Source: a virus (lineage: Duplodnaviria > Caudoviricetes). From it: a stretch of DNA of 55,218 nucleotides. This document shows positions 53,013 to 55,218 of this stretch, piece by piece (position 1 is the first letter of the stretch; every line of letters starts with the position of its first letter). The notes under the pieces were generated by a model. The model worked only from the letters and a program-made list of their open reading frames with translations. It did not search any database and was not told the origin of the DNA. The translations under genes and the position numbers were made by a program. The DNA lies in IMG/VR virus record IMGVR_UViG_3300023179_000132, positions 1 to 55,218 of that record. One strand, given 5' to 3'.

Positions 53013-54010
53013 GTTCGGAGTTAGCAAAGCTACGCAAAGAAATGCAGTTTGATGGTCCAGAATGGCCAGTAGTACAGCCTGCAAAACCTATTATAATTAA
53101 GCAGCCAGCAGCCCCTAAGAAAACCCCTGCATTAGTAGGTGGTTGGAAGACTGCAGTTGTTCTACCAGATCCACAGATCGGCTTTCGTCAGTTTGATGGC
53201 GAAGAACTAGATCCTTTCCATGATGAAGCTGCTATGAACGTAGCTCTTCAAATTCTTAATGCTGAGCAGCATGACGGTGGCGTACACCAGGTAGTTAACC
53301 TTGGTGACTATATTGATCTTCCAGCACAAGGCAAGTATGAGCAGGAAGCTGCATTTGCGTTTACTACTCAGCATGCAATTGATCGCGGTAGTTTATTTGC
53401 CGCAGAACAACGTGCCGCAGCTCCAAACGCAAAGATAGTTATCCTTGAGGGTAACCATGACCGGCGTATGCAGAAGTTTGTACAAGCCAATGCGCTATCA
53501 GCTTTTGGTCTACGCCGTGCTAATACTCCAAGCTCGTGGCCGGTAATGTCTATGCCATATCTTCTACGCCTAGAAGACTTTGACGTAGACTACATTGACG
53601 CGTATCCAGCAGGAGTCTGGTGGATTAACGACAAACTTCGGGCAATCCACGGCGATAAGGTTCGCAGCAATGGCTCAACAGCAGCTGCCTATACTAACGA
53701 TATGCCACATATCTCTACTATCTTTGGGCACATTCATCGTCAAGAGATTCAGTCAAAGACTACCTTTGACCGGGATGGTCGCATCAAGGCTATGGCTATT
53801 AGTCCCGGATGCCTATGCCGTGTAGATGGCCATGTCCCTAGTGTAAAAGGATCTGTAGATTCCAATGGCAAGCCAGTAACCTACTGGGAAAATTGGCAAC
53901 AAGGTATAGCTGTTATCCGCTATAAGGATGAAGGCTCATTCCACGTAGACCTAGTTCATATTGATGAAGGCAAAACTCTTTATAAAGGCCAAGAATTTAT
54001 CGCCAAGTAA
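53000..54010 (+). CDS. calcineurin-like metallophosphoesterase
   Basis: LPDPQ, LGD.ID, GNHD, HGD, GHIH; ATG at 53000 after AGGAG. Confidence 0.88.
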   Translation: MPSLGSELAKLRKEMQFDGPEWPVVQPAKPIIIKQPAAPKKTPALVGGWKTAVVLPDPQIGFRQFDGEELDPFHDEAAMNVALQILNAEQHDGGVHQVVNLGDYIDLPAQGKYEQEAAFAFTTQHAIDRGSLFAAEQRAAAPNAKIVILEGNHDRRMQKFVQANALSAFGLRRANTPSSWPVMSMPYLLRLEDFDVDYIDAYPAGVWWINDKLRAIHGDKVRSNGSTAAAYTNDMPHISTIFGHIHRQEIQSKTTFDRDGRIKAMAISPGCLCRVDGHVPSVKGSVDSNGKPVTYWENWQQGIAVIRYKDEGSFHVDLVHIDEGKTLYKGQEFIAK

Positions 54011-54020
54011 GTTGCATCGA

Positions 54021-54054
54021 ACAGAGGGCTCACCAGAAATGGTGGGCCCTTTGT
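54021..54054 (+). terminator. hairpin/terminator
   Basis: 15-bp stem (two G-U pairs) with a GAAA loop. Confidence 0.7.
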
Positions 54055-54090
54055 CATTACTAATGATAATAGATGTGGGAAAATAAAAGA

Positions 54091-54669
54091 ATGCAGCCAG
54101 AAGTACCTCAGTTTGATCCGAAAAAGCATGTCAAAGTATTTCGCGGATTAAGCTTAGCCACAGGTTTTGAAACTGATGTTAATTACAATCCAGACGCTAC
54201 TGATTACCACGACGGTTGTAGAATTTGTGGTGTAGAAAGTCCTTCTGATCATACAACTGGAATGCATTGGACTGACACAAAAGCCATTGCTAGCAAATTT
54301 GCTACAGGTTTTAATACCGAACTAGAAAATCCCGGAAAACTTTATGAAGGTTTTGTAGATAAATCTGATGTAATGTCTAAAGAAGAAGTGTACAATAAAA
54401 ACATACCCAAATTTTCTGGACTAGCACAAAGAATTTATGGCGATCAACCAATTTCCATAGCCCAATTGCACGGAATAAATGATTTAGCGGAAGACTCTAC
54501 AAAATATACCAATCCGGAAAGGGAAGTTCCTTTAAGAGCAGGGGCTAAGGCGTATGTAACAAAAACAACTGATTTTATACCAACGGAAGAAAACCCAAGA
54601 AAACACCACAAAGTAATAGTTAAACACCCAAAACCAATTGAAATGACAATTAAACAGGAAAAAAGTTAA
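54091..54669 (+). CDS. putative ADP-ribosyltransferase (R-x-E type)
   Basis: VFRGL...G.HWT.....A.KFA...E.EV.L..G; start could be 54073 or 54091. Confidence 0.55.
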   Translation: MQPEVPQFDPKKHVKVFRGLSLATGFETDVNYNPDATDYHDGCRICGVESPSDHTTGMHWTDTKAIASKFATGFNTELENPGKLYEGFVDKSDVMSKEEVYNKNIPKFSGLAQRIYGDQPISIAQLHGINDLAEDSTKYTNPEREVPLRAGAKAYVTKTTDFIPTEENPRKHHKVIVKHPKPIEMTIKQEKS

Positions 54670-55082
54670 TGAGTAGACCCGCAGAGTTTTGGCATGGAAC
54701 CCACGTTGCCTTAAATCCTGGGGATATTATTTCCCCTAGAAATTCTCGAGGGGGACAGTCTAATTTTGAAACCACAGATTCTTCCAAAGATCTAACTGGT
54801 TGGAATCCCGGCCATGTAGCTTACGCTACTGACTCCGTTGAAATAGCAGAATGGTACGCACAACATGCCGCTAAAAAACATGGGGAAGGAAGAGTATATA
54901 AGGTAGAGCCGGTCAATCCTTCTGATTTAGAGGAAGATAAATATGGGGGAGGCTTTGATAAGCCTGCCTATCAAAGCCCATCTGGATTCAGAGTAGTTAG
55001 TGAACATCGCTCTGGAGTATGTAGAAAGTGCTATACCTTACGGAATACTGAAGGAAAATGTACTTGTCCTGACAACTCTTAA
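54669..55082 (+). CDS. Arr (rifampin ADP-ribosyltransferase)-like protein with C-terminal Cys cluster
   Basis: FWHGT...L.PGD.I.P...SNF...Y.T.....A.W.A..A....GEGRVY.VEP...LEED...Y.S....RVV follows the Arr family layout. Confidence 0.75.
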   Translation: MSRPAEFWHGTHVALNPGDIISPRNSRGGQSNFETTDSSKDLTGWNPGHVAYATDSVEIAEWYAQHAAKKHGEGRVYKVEPVNPSDLEEDKYGGGFDKPAYQSPSGFRVVSEHRSGVCRKCYTLRNTEGKCTCPDNS

Positions 55083-55097
55083 TAATTAAAGGAAAAT
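55069..55097 (+). promoter_or_regulatory. candidate promoter for a leaderless transcript
   Basis: CTGACA-N17-GAAAAT-N6-ATG(55104). Confidence 0.5.
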
Positions 55098-55103
55098 AAG
55101 GGA

Positions 55104-55218
55104 ATGGGACTAGAATTACCAAAACTTAGCATTGCCGATCTTACTTTTAGACATAATTTTAAAGATCGTGATGGAAATCCTTCAGATAACTGGAAAAAGT
55201 ATAGATATCAAACTATAT
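55104..55218 (+). CDS. hypothetical protein (3' truncated)
   Basis: Open from ATG 55104 to the window end (MGLELPKLSIADLTFRHNFKDRDG...). Confidence 0.55.
   Translation, partial: MGLELPKLSIADLTFRHNFKDRDGNPSDNWKKYRYQTI

Noticed and set aside
54669-55082. Calling the Arr-like gene a true rifampicin-resistance gene
   Set aside because: The Arr substrate loop (DPN.T.K.FPGNPT) is not conserved, so only fold-level similarity is supported.
1-55218. tRNAs, integrase, transposase or alternative genetic code
   Set aside because: No cloverleaf-like sequence seen in the few intergenic gaps, no recombinase motifs, and TAA, TAG and TGA all end intact genes. Checked by eye only; tRNAscan-SE would confirm.

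Overview
The window is about 55 kb of a tailed dsDNA bacteriophage with a contractile tail (myovirus). Essentially all real genes are on the + strand, use the standard code and are tightly packed. Two WhiB-family genes point to an Actinobacteria host; the fairly AT-rich sequence fits a low-GC freshwater actinobacterium, but that is inference. Gene order: KTSC-like protein, terminase large subunit, portal, scaffold, major capsid protein, head-tail adaptor, a block of fibre/adhesin genes, small Lys/Cys-rich proteins, tail terminator, sheath, tube, tail chaperone, tape measure (transglycosylase + M23 domains), baseplate genes and a large fibre. A replication/recombination module follows: Rep, DnaC-like loader, DnaB, primase, SNF2 helicase, SSB, PolA, RecA, two resolvases, Cas4-like nuclease and dNMP kinase. 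The window ends with SpoVS, a metallophosphoesterase and two tandem ADP-ribosyltransferase-like genes. The most notable signals not in the ORF track are: (1) three long hairpins with 10-11 nt anti-Shine-Dalgarno-like loops complementary to the GGAGGG RBSs of the replication genes; (2) a repeated phage-specific promoter motif; (3) a start-less +1-frame extension of the tail chaperone implying a programmed frameshift; (4) a hairpin with direct repeats inside rep, a candidate origin; (5) several microproteins, including a C2H2 zinc finger, an RHH protein and a HypB-like CxxCGC peptide. I saw no tRNA, CRISPR array, integrase, intein or transposase. All family assignments come from recognising motifs by eye, not from database searches.
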